Shown here: in pieces, positions 50,634 through 63,362 of the stretch | How the letters are laid out: each line of letters starts with the position of its first letter | Position numbering within the stretch: the stretch's first letter is position 1 | DNA from: Octopus bimaculoides | Taxonomy: Eukaryota | Length of the DNA stretch: 64,000 nucleotides | Assembly (NCBI RefSeq): GCF_001194135.2 | Contig: NC_069002.1 | Location: 7,932,016-7,996,015, forward strand | Direction of reading: 5' to 3' | Notes under the pieces: model-generated | Database searches by the model: none | What the model saw: the letters and a program-made list of their open reading frames with translations, nothing else | Told to the model about the DNA's origin: nothing | Translations under genes and position numbers: made by a program

Positions 50634-51407
50634 TTATCGTCTCACATTACCCACCTAATAAATAACATATTTTGTGTAGTCATCCGTAACCCAAGTATAG
50701 AGAGGAACAAAGATACAACCATGGCTATGATATATATACTAAGATTATACTTAAGGTATCCTTCGCTGTCATTAAGCCTTTAAAGATTTGCTTTTATTTG
50801 CTTTTCATTCAGCCATTGGCTCTATTCAGTCTCCATAATATATAGATTTCACGACTGACTAGGAAGCTCGGAAAACCCAAATGAAATATTAAACGGAGAA
50901 TAAAATATAGTTAAATGCAATTAGCTCATTATTAGAGAGCATATTATGTAAGTGCTAAAAGAGACAGCGAAGAGTATAAAGTTACTGCCAATAGATGCTT
51001 CCCTATTTACTTCCATTCATCATTGCTCTGTGATTATCATCTATGTACTTTATATTACTTAATACTATTAAAGGCCAGTAAAAAATAAAGATATAGTATC
51101 AGATAACGGAAGATTAAATATATGGAAGACACAAAGGGAAATAAATTTGAGAAAGAGGGAAAACATGTAACGTTCTGAAATAGCATAAAGCAGGTAATAA
51201 CATTTGTGAATTAAACATATCCGTGACAAGTGAGTAGAGGAGAACGCTAACGTTTCAAAGCGGATTTTTCTTTAAAGATTCTTATTCTAAGATGTAAAGG
51301 GTTAGAGTTAATGTGAGCTGGAAGGTTTCAAACAAGGTTTCGTCACATGTGAAGAAGGGAATTTTCTGAATGATTTTCAGTGGAAGAAATACATATATAA
51401 ATATAAT

Positions 51408-51972
51408 CTTTTACGTGTTTTCGTCATTTGACGGCAACCATGCTGGGGTACCACCTTAAAGGATTTTAGTCGAAGAAATAAATATATATATATATATATA
51501 TANNNNNNNNNNNNNNNNNNNNNNNNNNNNNNNNNNNNNNNNNNNNNNNNNNNNNNNNNNNNNNNNNNNNNTACTCTTCGAAACGCCTGTGTTAGAATGG
51601 GGGGTAGCTGATGAAGGAAAATGTTCTCTGTGTCCTGTGTTTGTTCTGTACTCTGATTATTATTTTTTTTTTATCTACGTTTTGTTTGCAATGTCCTGTA
51701 CCCAGATATGCACCAATATACACAGGTAGACGTAGGTATGCACATACCTGTATGTATATATGCATATACTCACTTATTATTTATTATATATATATATACA
51801 CACACACATACGACAGGCTTCTTTCGGTTTCCGTCAACCAAATCCACTCAAAAATCTGTGGTTGACGCGAAGTTGCAGCAGAAAATATTTGCTGAAGTTG
51901 CTACGCGGTGGGAGTGAACCAAGAAGCAGGTGGTTGCGAAGCAAGTTTCTTGCCAATCAACCACATCCGCGC
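51408..51972 (-). mobile_element. Disrupted SINE B: 3' end (51408-51480) and head (51810-51972) separated by gap 51503-51571 and another repeat
   Basis: CCATGCTGGGGTACCACC...TTTAGTCGAAG and CGACAGGCTTCTTTCGGTTTCCGTCAACCAAATCCACTC. Confidence 0.75.
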
Positions 51973-52499
51973 TTATTTCGACAAAAATATTTCGAAAGCC
52001 CCGTGCATAATTTACATAATTATGCATAACTTAAATATACTTGCATATGTATTACTACCCTTCTAAGAATGTGTCACTATGTAAGTGTGGGTGAAGGAGA
52101 CCATTTTCTTTTGATATATTTTACACAAAGCTCTTAATTCAGAGTTAATTACATATAAGTAATATTTATGGAAATTGCTCAAGTACATAACCCATCGAGG
52201 TCTCGTGAATACACTCACACATGAATACTCACATACGCATACATTAACACACACGCATACATGCGCACACGAGAGCGCACANNNNNNNNNNCGCACACGA
52301 GAGCGCACACCGTACAGACAGAAACACGTCTGCTTTTGAAGAGTTGCACAGACAAGAATGTATTGAATCGGTTTTCCAAGCATCGTGTGCGTAATTGAGG
52401 AAATATAATTGTGTTATGTAACTGATAAATTTGCATAATGATTAAACATTTGTTAGATATGATCTGTTTCACTCACATAGTACACGTCTATCTTTTTCG

Positions 52500-52697
52500 G
52501 TGCATATATGCATATGTGTGTGCATATATACATATTCACGTATGTGTGTATACATTTATCTACTTATGTCTGTATGAATGTATGTATTTATGTATGTATG
52601 TATGTGTGTATGTATGTACATGTATGTGTGCATGGTTGTGTGTATCTGTGTAAGTATATATGCATGTATATATATATATAAATATATACAAATACAC

Positions 52698-52728
<31 letters not shown>

Positions 52729-52773
52729 CACATGCATACTTATATATATGCATATATACATATATATATGTAC

Positions 52774-52805
<32 letters not shown>

Positions 52806-52845
52806 GCATATATACATATATATATGTACATGTGTATATATAGAA

Positions 52846-52877
<32 letters not shown>

Positions 52878-52883
52878 ATACAA

Positions 52884-52922
<39 letters not shown>

Positions 52923-52950
52923 CGCGCCTGTGTATATATATGTGCACACA
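52500..52950. repeat. (TA)n/(TG)n/(GC)n microsatellite block
   Basis: Directly visible. Confidence 0.95.
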
Positions 52951-53420
52951 CATGACAGCAGTATTTTCTGCACATATCTTTTTTCATATCTTATTCATTT
53001 TTAGTCTCACAAATGCTTGCAATGCATTCACATTCGTTTGGTGTGTCACATGAAAGCTAGGTTTCCGCGTTGACATTTGTGATATACAGACATACAAATG
53101 GCTGTTACATCTGTATGATCTCAAAGTCACGTTATACAGCATATGATCTCGAGATTAATATGTGAAGTGATCCGTATGAATTATGGGCCAATTGAAACGT
53201 TAATTATATTTGTGTAAAACAAAACAAAAAAAGCAACAAGGATTAAAACAAAAATGCCAACGCAAAATACATCTGATTTCCGTTCTGATAGCATTCTCTT
53301 CTTTTATCCGTTTACGAGTTCTTAGTCTTTGCTCAACGGCCATGCTGGATCACAGCTTATATGATTTCGAGTTCATAAATCTAAAGTACTTTCTTTCGTT
53401 CGTATTCTCGTTTTATCGAT

Positions 53421-53600
53421 TAGGCACGACTGAGTGGTTAATCGTCTTGCTATGAAACGATACGGTTTCGGTTTCACTCTAAGCATAAGGCATTTTGGGA
53501 GGCATCTTCTACAACAGCCCCATTGTCATACCAGGGGCTATAGAGTGCGAATTTCACAAGCAGAAACTGCGTGGACGCCCATCATGAGTATATGTGTGTG
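53421..53600 (+). mobile_element. Highly degenerate SINE B head
   Basis: GGCACGACTGAGTGGTTAA...CGGTTTCGGTTTCACTC...CAGAAACTGCGTGGACGCCCATC followed by TA/TG repeats. Confidence 0.55.
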
Positions 53601-54351
53601 TATGTGCGTTATATACATATAGGAAGCAAAGCGTACTATTTTTAGCTAATCTGGCTGGCGGCAGGTCCTAGTGCTTGTGACACTTTGTCTAATTGCAGTA
53701 CCTTGTTAATCCACTCATATAATAGATAGATTATATGAGTGATTATAATAGATGAGTGATTATGATAGTTACCAAATGCTTTTTAACAGTCTAACTATAT
53801 AATAGCCAAGTTTTTCCCACACTTTATTGCTCCTCCGTGAATCATTTTGTTAACTAGAAGGGGTTCAATACACCAACATATGTCTTTCTCTTGTAGAGTT
53901 ACAGTATTGTAAGTGGTACAATAGGAGTAAACTGAGTCAGCAAGTGTACATCTTGTATATGATGTTTCTCCATACTACTGAGCAGTAATTTCTGGTTTAT
54001 GTATTTTGAGAAAGATGAGAAGTGATGGCTGTTGACAGCTCTGTGGGTACGTTTAATGTACCCTTCATCCTTTCCAAACACGTCGATAGAAATTGTGATT
54101 TTCTAACCAATATTCTATAATAAGATCTGAGCCTGGAGATTCCCAGTGTAATATTTCTCTGAAGATGCAAAGCTTGTGTGTACATCTTTTGCAGTATCCG
54201 TCTTCTAAAAATCCATTCAGATGGGTCATAACTTGATATATTCGTTAAAGGTTCCTTTACAATTTCTTAGATAATTTGTTCTAGCAATCTGCATTCTGAA
54301 TTAAAATTCTGTCGAGTAAACTTTAGTTTTCATTGTTGTTATTTTTCTTTT

Positions 54352-54389
<38 letters not shown>

Positions 54390-54579
54390 GAATTTGATAC
54401 ATCTCTCTCACCTTTCTTTTCATTGCCTTTCCATAAAGCTCAGTCTCCGAGCATAACCTTGCAGACATTAAGCTTAATTCTGTCTCCATCGTTGATGAAA
54501 GGAGCTTCATGTCTAACTATCCTTGTTCTGTAATCGTTTTTCCTTGTCATCTATCTCCCTCTGTATGTATGTATGTATG

Positions 54580-54619
<40 letters not shown>

Positions 54620-54686
54620 CGTTCATATACATAGATATCTACGTATATATGTATATATATACATATACGCAAACTTACACACGCAA

Positions 54687-54724
<38 letters not shown>

Positions 54725-54993
54725 NNNNNNNNNNNNNNNNNNNNNNNNNNNNNNNNNNNNNNNNNNNNNNNNNNNNNNNNNNNNNNNNNNNNNNNNNNNN
54801 NNNNNNNNNNNNNNNNNNNNNNNNNNNNNNNNNNNNNNNNNNNNNNNNNNNNNNNNNNNNNNNNNNNNNNNNNNNNNNNNNNNNNNNNNNNNNNNNNNNN
54901 NNNNNNNNNNNNNNNNNNNNNNNNNNNNNNNNNNNNNNNNNNNNNNNNNNNNNNNNNNNNNNNNNNNNNNNNNNNNNNNNNNNNNNNNNNNNN

Positions 54994-55034
<41 letters not shown>

Positions 55035-55961
55035 ATACACTCACATACATAGGTATATGTCTGTGTGCGCATGTATGTGTGTGTACAAGGAGAATGAGAG
55101 AAAGCTAGGAGTATCCTATATATATGTTAAAATTGAAAGATAAAATTTTCTCCTCATTGATAGACACCTCTTGGGTGAACATTTATTTTAATGATAATAT
55201 TTAAATAGTTTTATCACTCTGTCTACTTGACATATTAAATTACCTGATTAATTGTTCATTAACACGATCTCAAGTATTGTTTGCTTTAAAATTCACACTT
55301 AAGTGTGACAATTATATTTGAAGTGGAGAAAAGTCACCCATGATGAGTTCATACCTGATATGGGGAAATTTCTCACAAAGACACGCCTTTGTAAAACAGA
55401 GCGTCTTTTTTTTTTTCTTGTGGAATTAGTCGAGAAATCGACGTGAAGTAATCTTGTAAATATCGAATGATAGATGTGAATCGTGATTTGCCTAAAGTGT
55501 CTAATCACGTGACAAGCTGCGTTCGCTACAGATTTTACTAAATGACTTTCACATAAGCTAATATAGTAAAATTTCAAACGTGTAGCTCTAAGCAGTAATG
55601 AAATTCTTGTTGAAGAATTTATTGGTTTCAAATTTTGGTACAAGACCAGCATTGTTCTAAATGCTCTGATTTGTGACATTGTTGATACATTTTTGCGCAA
55701 TTCGCTTTGGTTTCTTCTTGGCGTGAGGTTGGCATGCGTGGAAATTATATTAAGGGGCACAGAGTGGTAATTATTTTTAAAGCTGGAACTAAGTGTGTGA
55801 TTCAAACAATTGAAGATGATCTTTCTTTCGAAGTGGATTAGCTAAGTCTTCGAAAATACTTTTGACCGACCCGCTTTATAAGTCTTTCTTTACAGAAGTC
55901 AATATACAACTGGACACTTTCATATAAGAGCTTGTATGTTTAATTGTTTGGCCTCCTTTAG

Positions 55962-55980
55962 GCATTTTTGGAGCTCATCT
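55962..55980 (+). other. Candidate 19-nt microexon followed by a 79-nt canonical-looking intron (55981-56059)
   Basis: Acceptor TTGTTTGGCCTCCTTTAG, donor TCT|GTAAGT, next acceptor GTGTCCTTTTTCAG. Confidence 0.28.
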
Positions 55981-56359
55981 GTAAGTACTTAAATTGTGAA
56001 TCGACTGACTATCATCCCGACAGACGCTCTAGCTGAATTAGTGTCGTGTCCTTTTTCAGTCTAATTGGCCTACATTCAGACTCAGAATCTTGACTATATC
56101 CGAGACAAAGGTCTCACCATCAAGCAAAGGGATCAAAATTTCAGTAGAGAGCGTATCTCCCTTAATTAACGACAACCCTCATCGATGCCTTTAGTCCATG
56201 CTATTACAAACACTAGGACCATGTCTGCAAGTTAATGTTACTTTCCTAATCCGTCTTGGAAGTTCTGTAAAACATGATGTGCACTGTCTCTCCTTTCATG
56301 CGCAATAACAAAACAGATCTCATAGACTTCATTTTCGCTATTATAGTCCCTAATAATGC

Positions 56360-56548
56360 GGTGAAATGGAAGAATTCTTACCGCGACGTGAAAAATGCTT
56401 AGAAGCATTTCTTCCATATTTACGTTCTGGGTTCAAATGCCGCCGGGTTCGATAGAATAAGTATTAGTTGAGCACTGGGGTCGATATAATCGACTAGTCC
56501 CTCCCCGATAAACTTCATGCTTTGTGCCTCTAATAGAAAGAATTATCG
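56360..56548 (+). mobile_element. SINE family A copy with internal deletion
   Basis: TTACGTTCTGGGTTCAAATGCCGCCGGG...GTTGAGCACTGGGGTCGATATAATCGACTAG...TTGTGCCTCTAATAGAAAG. Confidence 0.8.
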
Positions 56549-57449
56549 TTAATTTAATTTGTACGTTAAACATAAATCTCATTTTTAAAATATGATCTTA
56601 GATTAAAGATTATCACTAATGAGTCCACGAAGACTAGGTTTTCCGATTGCCATGTGTTGTATGCCATTAGTGTCAATAAAATTATTAATTATTACCCTGA
56701 AAAATTTCTTTAGCTGCAGTAAAGTGTAGTAGTGAAAACATTTTTTCGTTGTTGTTCTCTTTATTTATTTTTTTTTCTCTAATTTAATATCTTTATAACG
56801 CTTACAGATGATTTAAAGAGTATATTCTGAAAACTTTCATCTTCATTCTTTGATTTAAATTTCAAACTCATTTTAAATTAATCTCGAAAACCAGTATAAC
56901 GTGTTTGTTGATTTTGATTTCTAGTACATAATTTATATTTGTTTCAGAAGTGACAGTACTTGCTTTGTGATGTGTAGTGTTCGTTTTTTTTAAATGGTTA
57001 ATATGAATTTCCCACGATGCAATTAAAACTCTGATTGTTCTTTGAGATTGATGTTAATGGTTAGAAAACTATCACTCTACTTACATATTAACATTTGTAC
57101 TTTATAATCCTATGACACAGTTTTCGCAAGATGTTTCTTCTCTATAGTTGTGATAGAAAGAAAGAAACAATTTCCCTTCATATTCTATCTTATGGCTTTA
57201 GATAAGTAATGATTGATGTAGTAAAAATACTCGTCTGTTTACTTTCAATGCGATCGGATTAAGTGATGACGTCATAACAGTGAATGAAATTAGTTTTCAA
57301 AACTATAGTCACTATTTTAATTTTTACTTAATCGATATGTTGTTTTTCTGGGTCCATTGAAAGTTCAACTATCTTTTTATACGCCAGGGCTTAATAATCT
57401 ATATAAGTTTAACTGAACCAACGTGAATACACATATATGTCCTGTATTT

Positions 57450-57755
57450 ATTTGATCAAGGGATGAATGAATTTAAAGGTTAAACTTGGCGGAATTTGAG
57501 CTTAAAATGTTTGGGATTGAGAAACATAAAAACTGCAAAGCATTTGGTCTAATTCTTCACAAAGACCCAGTATTGTCTATGATTATACAAAAATACGTTA
57601 TTGCTATTATGTAGTCACAGGTGGGCCTGCCCCTCTTTTATCACATATTATTAACCGTGTTCTCCCTTCCATTTTTAAGACTGCAGAATGTGGTTTTGAC
57701 GGTTATTATGACTGCTATTTCTAGCTAGATGTTCGACCGCATTGTGGCTTCTTTT
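57450..57755 (-). mobile_element. Degenerate SINE A fragment (57450-57555) and a fragment of a probable fourth SINE-like family (57640-57755)
   Basis: The A part reads TTGGCGGAATTTGAGC on the + strand. The second part, TTTTTAAGAC.G.AG..TGTG.TTTGA....GACTGCTATTTCTAGC, I recall as a high-copy octopus repeat (not verified). Confidence 0.4.
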
Positions 57756-58861
57756 ACCCCGAGATTAGAAACGAAAAGCGGAAGTATATAGTTGCCACAT
57801 CGACCGTTGATATTTCACTGTTATCTCTTTTATGGACGACAGACATACCAGACCAATAGGTCTAATAGTAGGGGTTTCAATCCGGAATATAAGGAATTCT
57901 ATTAAAGACATCTAGTCATATAGTCCGACATGCTATTGGCACTACAGAGTCCGGCTGATTTCACCATTTTTTTTCACAACGAAATAACACAGAAAAAAAA
58001 ATAAACAAAATAAATGATTTAAAAATTAATAAGTTCTGAATTAAGTTGAAATTTGCAAGAATACAATTCAAATGTTTTTATTGAATTAATTATCTCATAA
58101 TTATAATTATAATATTTCATTTTAAATTTCATTATTTTTATTGATATTTTTCTCATCTCTTATGTTTCTTTTTTTCGTTTCTATTACAATAGGTAAATTA
58201 ACATATCTGCCACAAGTATTTATTTAGCATTGAATTTTATTTATTAGTATTTATTTATAATTTTCCAAATACAGTCTAGAATCTCTCACATTGCCATCAG
58301 ATATATATGTTCTCTGGGACGTGGGGAAGGGTCTTTAATTTTTGTCCCTATACATTTTGTTTAGAATCAAGAGTAAATCTTTCAAAGTTTTACTACGTCC
58401 TCCACTGGTGTTACAGCGAACGTTCGACGAGCAGGCAGCTACGAAAAGAAAGAGAAACAATGAACAAAAAATATAGAGATATAAAGTGAAATAAATTTTT
58501 TTAAAAAGTATTTAATGAAACATTATTTTAAAAATTTCATGTCCTAAGTGTATATCAAATTTTGTAAGTATGTGGGTGTATATGTGTTACTCTTTCTCTC
58601 TCGCTGGATATATAAAGTATATTCTTCCTTTAATTAATGGGAACAACGAAAAAATTATTCAATCCAACGGAAGAGAAATATTATTTAATATACTCGGGGT
58701 TTAAATATTGCCCAATGATACATGGCACGCAATACAAGCACGCCCGACTACAATACTATCGTTATCATGAAATTTACAACAGCTCAGTTGTGGGAATTAA
58801 ATTATATATATATAGATAGATAGATAGATAGATGTACGTATGTATGTATATATATTGGATT

Positions 58862-58990
58862 AGGTGGCCCATATTGAGTCCGCTGCTGACGAGGGCCTCA
58901 GTATGTTCCCCCTACCAATCACGGTCTGATGCACAGGCTGTGAATTTAAGCTTGAGTTCATTCTGGTTTTGGTGCGCCTATTCTGCCACA
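58862..58990 (-). mobile_element. RTE-like LINE extreme 3' end remnant
   Basis: Minus strand gives ASDRDW*GEHTEA then, with one frameshift, VQQRT. This resembles the A.DR..W....EA.VQQW terminus of RTE ORFs. Confidence 0.4.
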
Positions 58991-59039
58991 CTGGGTTGAC
59001 AGGGCTTTGTAGAAGGATGCAGTTTTTATACGCATACAA

Positions 59040-59205
59040 GGGAGTAGTTGAGTCGATTACATCGACTCCATCATTCAGCTGGTATCTATTTAATCAACGG
59101 TGAAAGGCAAAGTCGGCCTCAGCGGAATATGAGCTAAGAACGCGTAAGAACGGACGAAATACAGCAAATCATTTCGCCTGGTGTGCTAGCGATTCTACCA
59201 GCCCC
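59040..59205 (-). mobile_element. SINE family A copy
   Basis: AGTCGATTACATCGACTCCA...AAGGCAAAGTCGGCCTCAGCGGAAT...GTGCTAGCGATTCTACCAGC on the + strand. Confidence 0.85.
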
Positions 59206-59209
59206 CGAA

Positions 59210-59382
59210 AGGCCTGCATTGAGGCCCAACATTCCGAGTTCTTTGACAGGGCTTAAATAAACTGAAGGACTGCTGCAATAAGTGTGTGTATCTGAGAGGG
59301 GAATATGTTGAATAAAATCATAATTAACTGATCCTTCCCTATTTTCTTTTAACCAAAGCCAGGAACTTTCAGCACTCTCTTC

Positions 59383-59384
<2 letters not shown>
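59210..59384 (+). mobile_element. mariner transposase C-terminus plus right TIR ending at TA
   Basis: EFF*QGLNKLKDCCNKCVYLRGEYVE* matches FF..GI.KL..RW.KC....G.YVE. The end AAGCCAGGAACTTTCAGCACTCTCTTC-TA abuts a TA repeat. Confidence 0.75.
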
Positions 59385-59413
<29 letters not shown>

Positions 59414-60580
59414 AGCAGTACTAATTTATTACAATAAACACATGCACTTCTACACACCTGCACACGTAAAGTAATGAACTGTTTAAATAAATAACACTCG
59501 AAAATATGATAATGAAAGAAGTCTATGAACGAAGTAAATCAGAGAAAAAAGGAGACCAAGAGTGGGAGAGAGAGAGAGAGAGGCAGAAAGAAAAATAAGA
59601 GAAGTTAATCAAAAATGCTTCCGCAAAAATCCGAAGAGCGCTAGTGTATGTTTCTTGACTCCGTGATTAAGTGTGTGTGAGTGCGTGCGTGTGTGTACGT
59701 GTGGGGTGCGCACACGTGTGTATACATGCATATCGTTTTTATTTCTCTCTATCTATCCATCTATCTACCTGTTTGTGTGAGCTTATTTATCTATGTACGT
59801 ATATGTGTCTGTGTGTATATGGTGGTTGCATTCGTATATCTATTTGTATTTGTATAGCAGAAAATTTAATCAGTGGCGTATGCTTTTCTCCTAAACTACA
59901 GAAATAATATACACGCTTGCTGATAGATAATCTCTGATAATCTCATGCATGTGTACAGCAATGTGATGAATCAGGAATTGGGAATATGCAAAAGTTTGGG
60001 AAACATAATTGAATGCTGGAATCGGAATTATAAAAGAGGAAGTATATTTGTTACAATACAAAACTTACGATTGTAACTTTGTTACAATCTGAAAACTTCG
60101 AAGTTGCAAAAGTGCCAATATTTTATCAAAATATCTATTCGACGTCTCCATATATTTCGATATATGGTAGAATTCTAGAGATATTTTTGGCTAAGAATTC
60201 CTTATAAATTACATTTATCTTAATTATTCTTTTGCAATTTGAAATTTTGTTTGCAATTTGACAGCATGTCATAAAGGTAGCTTTCGTGGCCGGTCAAACT
60301 GTATTTTTTAGGACAGTGGTAATCGTAAACAACAATCATAATGTATGTGTATACGTATACATATGCAGTCACACAAAAACACATGCACAAACATATATAC
60401 TATTATCTGTGTACACATGTATTTATATGATGGTGCTAATATGTTAGCCATTGCCTGGGACAATTCTGGCTAAAACATATCTAAGTATATATCGGCATCA
60501 TCAAACTCCACTAAATGTCACGTATTCCGAAAGGTTTTCAAGTAATGAATGTATAAATATGCATGTATATATACACACAT

Positions 60581-60730
60581 TAATAGACACAATATATGAT
60601 TTTTTGTGCTGCTATTAGTTTCATGGGTGGAAAACAAGCTTCTTATGACATGTCGGCATTGCCTGAAGATTGCAATAAGGAACCAGGCATGAAACTAATA
60701 GTGGCCCATAAAATCATGTGTGTTTATTAA
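60581..60730. repeat. Imperfect inverted repeat with arms of about 45 bp and a 62-nt spacer
   Basis: Perfect 14-bp core CTATTAGTTTCATG (60612-60625) and CATGAAACTAATAG (60688-60701), extended outward with mismatches. Confidence 0.9.
60661..60705 (+). ncRNA. Decayed minimal type I hammerhead ribozyme-like motif
   Basis: CTGAAGA (60663-69), stem II TGC/GCA, GAAA (60691-94), short stem III ACT-AAT-AGT, then G at the cleavage position (non-canonical) and only 2 bp of proximal stem I. Confidence 0.4.
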
Positions 60731-60852
60731 ATAATATTTGTCTCTCACTGCATGGAGTACATATTTTTCTTCACGGGACAGAACACTATATGTGTGTGTG
60801 TATGCATGTATTATGTAGATAGATGGATGTGTATACGTATATATACATATCT

Positions 60853-60893
<41 letters not shown>

Positions 60894-61537
60894 TGTGTGT
60901 GTGCGTGCACGCGTGAGTGTGTGTATGTATGTATTAATATGTATGTCCTTCTAGACTATTCGTGGGTCAAAGGGGCACGCAATATCTGTTATATTGCATT
61001 ACGTGGTTCACCATCATCACCATCACCATTTGCAACTTCTGAGAATTGTCCCATTTGGTTTTAATACGACACGTAGTTCTCTAAGCGTTTATGAATATTT
61101 ATCTCCATACCTACTTCGCCACTCTTCCCCTCTAACTATGAGAGTGAATAAGCATATGGCTGCCTACCACTATATACGGGTGTGTGTGTGTGTGTTTAAC
61201 ATGCTATTCCGTACGTACGTTGTGTTTAAGAATGTACGTCTTTCTATGAATGCTTTATTTTCGTAATACTTCGTAGCTTTGTTTTGGTTACGTTCTTTTT
61301 CAATTCAATTCAAACATTGTTTCCTAATCTTTATTGAGGCTTCTAAGTAAATTGCAATTTTTCTTTCTTTCTGAATTTAATTAGTAAATTCCATGCACAT
61401 GTACTTATGTACGAATATATACACATCTAAACAACATGCATTTACAATCGCACGCACTCACATACACAGGCAAACGCACACACATATACATACATATATA
61501 TTACTGAATATTTATATATTTTATAGCTTTTCATCTA

Positions 61538-61539
<2 letters not shown>

Positions 61540-61587
<48 letters not shown>

Positions 61588-62140
61588 NNNNNNNNNNNNN
61601 NNNNNNNNNNNNNNNNNNNNNNNNNNNNNNNNNNNNNNNNNNNNNNNNNNNNNNNNNNNNNNNNNNNNNNNNNNNNNNNNNNNNNNNNNNNNNNNNNNNN
61701 NNNNNNNNNNNNNNNNNNNNNNNNNNNNNNNNNNNNNNNNNNNNNNNNNNNNNNNNNNNNNNNNNNNNNNNNNNNNNNNNNNNNNNNNNNNNNNNNNNNN
61801 NNNNNNNNNNNNNNNNNNNNNNNNNNNNNNNNNNNNNNNNNNNNNNNNNNNNNNNNNNNNNNNNNNNNNNNNNNCATACATATATACTATATATATACAT
61901 ACATATATACTATATATATATATATATATATACTTACATATATACTATATATATATATATATATACTTACATATATACTATATATATATATATATATACT
62001 TACATATATACATACATATATATATTTACATATACACTGTATACATATATATATCTATATATATATATATATATATACATATACACTGTATACATATATA
62101 TATTATATATACGTTGATACATATACACACACACAAACAT
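61540..62140. repeat. (TA)n-based microsatellite and ~30-bp minisatellite around gap 61588-61874
   Basis: Directly visible (TACTTACATATATACTATATATATATATATA units). Confidence 0.93.
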
Positions 62141-63043
62141 ATATATTGTATTTCTTTAGAATTATATATTTGATCGTATGTATTTGCGATATTAGCATGT
62201 TAAAAAATAAAAATTTATTCCTGGCGGGGATTGAAAGTAATTTAAATCAATAAGTAGCAGAATCGGGATAAGAAAAATAAATGTAATTGTAATTAAGAAA
62301 CTTCTTTATTTTCTGCTGGCAAAAAATAAAATGCTTAAACTGTTGATTAATAAATAACAACAATAAGAGAACTGATAGCGATATATCAGTATGGAGAAGG
62401 TAACAACTGCAAGGGTAGCACGGACAATGTTGCGAACAGTAACGTTAGCAACACCATTTACATGGTGAACAAAAAAACATCTTAAGAGCACCATAATGAT
62501 TTTCAACAGCAACAATATGATATAAGTATGCATGTACATAATATATATGTATATATGTATGTATGTACATAATATATATGTATATTTGTATGTATGTACA
62601 TAATATATATAAAACAAATTGGATATGTGCATCATATATGATAATAGACATTAGTGAGATATGTGACAAATAATTCAGAGGACATGCAAAGAGTACGTTT
62701 TATCTATTGCTGCTGTGCCGAATGTTATGTCAGCGAGATTATGCTGTGAAGTTCATTCATATCAGTAAGAAAAGGAGAAACAACAGGAAAATCTCACAGG
62801 CAACTAAACATTCAACAACAATAAAGAATTTAGACGTTCAACAAGTGAATGAACACAATGCACAAGGGTGCAATTAGTGGAACTGCAGCTATAAACCGAC
62901 CCGAATTTGTTTGTAAAATCTAACAAGACAAGCAATCTCTACTTGATAAGTCAAACTTCTTACCACTATCTCTAAGTCGATCTTTAAGACATAAAATCTC
63001 TGTGTGTTGGCGTGTACACACACACACACACACACATATTACT

Positions 63044-63362
63044 AGCTGGTACTTTGTCGGTTACGTCGACGAGGTTGATCCGATCAATGGAACAACCTGC
63101 TAGTGAAATTAATGTGCACGTGGCTAAGCACTCCACAGACACGTGTATCATTAGCATAGTTCTCAGGGAGAGTGAGCGTGACACAGAATGTGACAAAGCT
63201 GACCCATTTGAATTACAGGTACACCTCACTTTTGCCAGCTGAGTGAACTGAAACAATGTAAAATAAAGCGTCTTGCTCAAGAGACACAATGCGTCACCGG
63301 TAATCGATCTCACGAACTTACAATCGAATACCCAGTACCTATAACCACTAAGCCACATGCCT
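63044..63362 (-). mobile_element. Full-length SINE family C (tRNA-like head, CORE-like segment, 3' domain)
   Basis: Minus strand reads GGCATGTGGCTTAGTGGTTATAGG...GATCGATTACCGG...TTGTGTCTCTTGAGCAAGACGCTTTATTTTACATTG...CTCAGCTGGCAAAAG...GATCGGATCAACC. Confidence 0.9.

Noticed and set aside
55299-55805. 168-aa minus-strand ORF, the longest outside simple repeats
   Set aside because: It has a TTG start, crosses a SINE A tail fragment (about 55621-55655) and a homopolymer run, and has no recognisable domain. It would need blastp or RNA evidence.
57266-57275. Perfect CRE palindrome ATGACGTCAT
   Set aside because: A single 8-10-bp motif with no promoter context. About one is expected by chance in a window this size.
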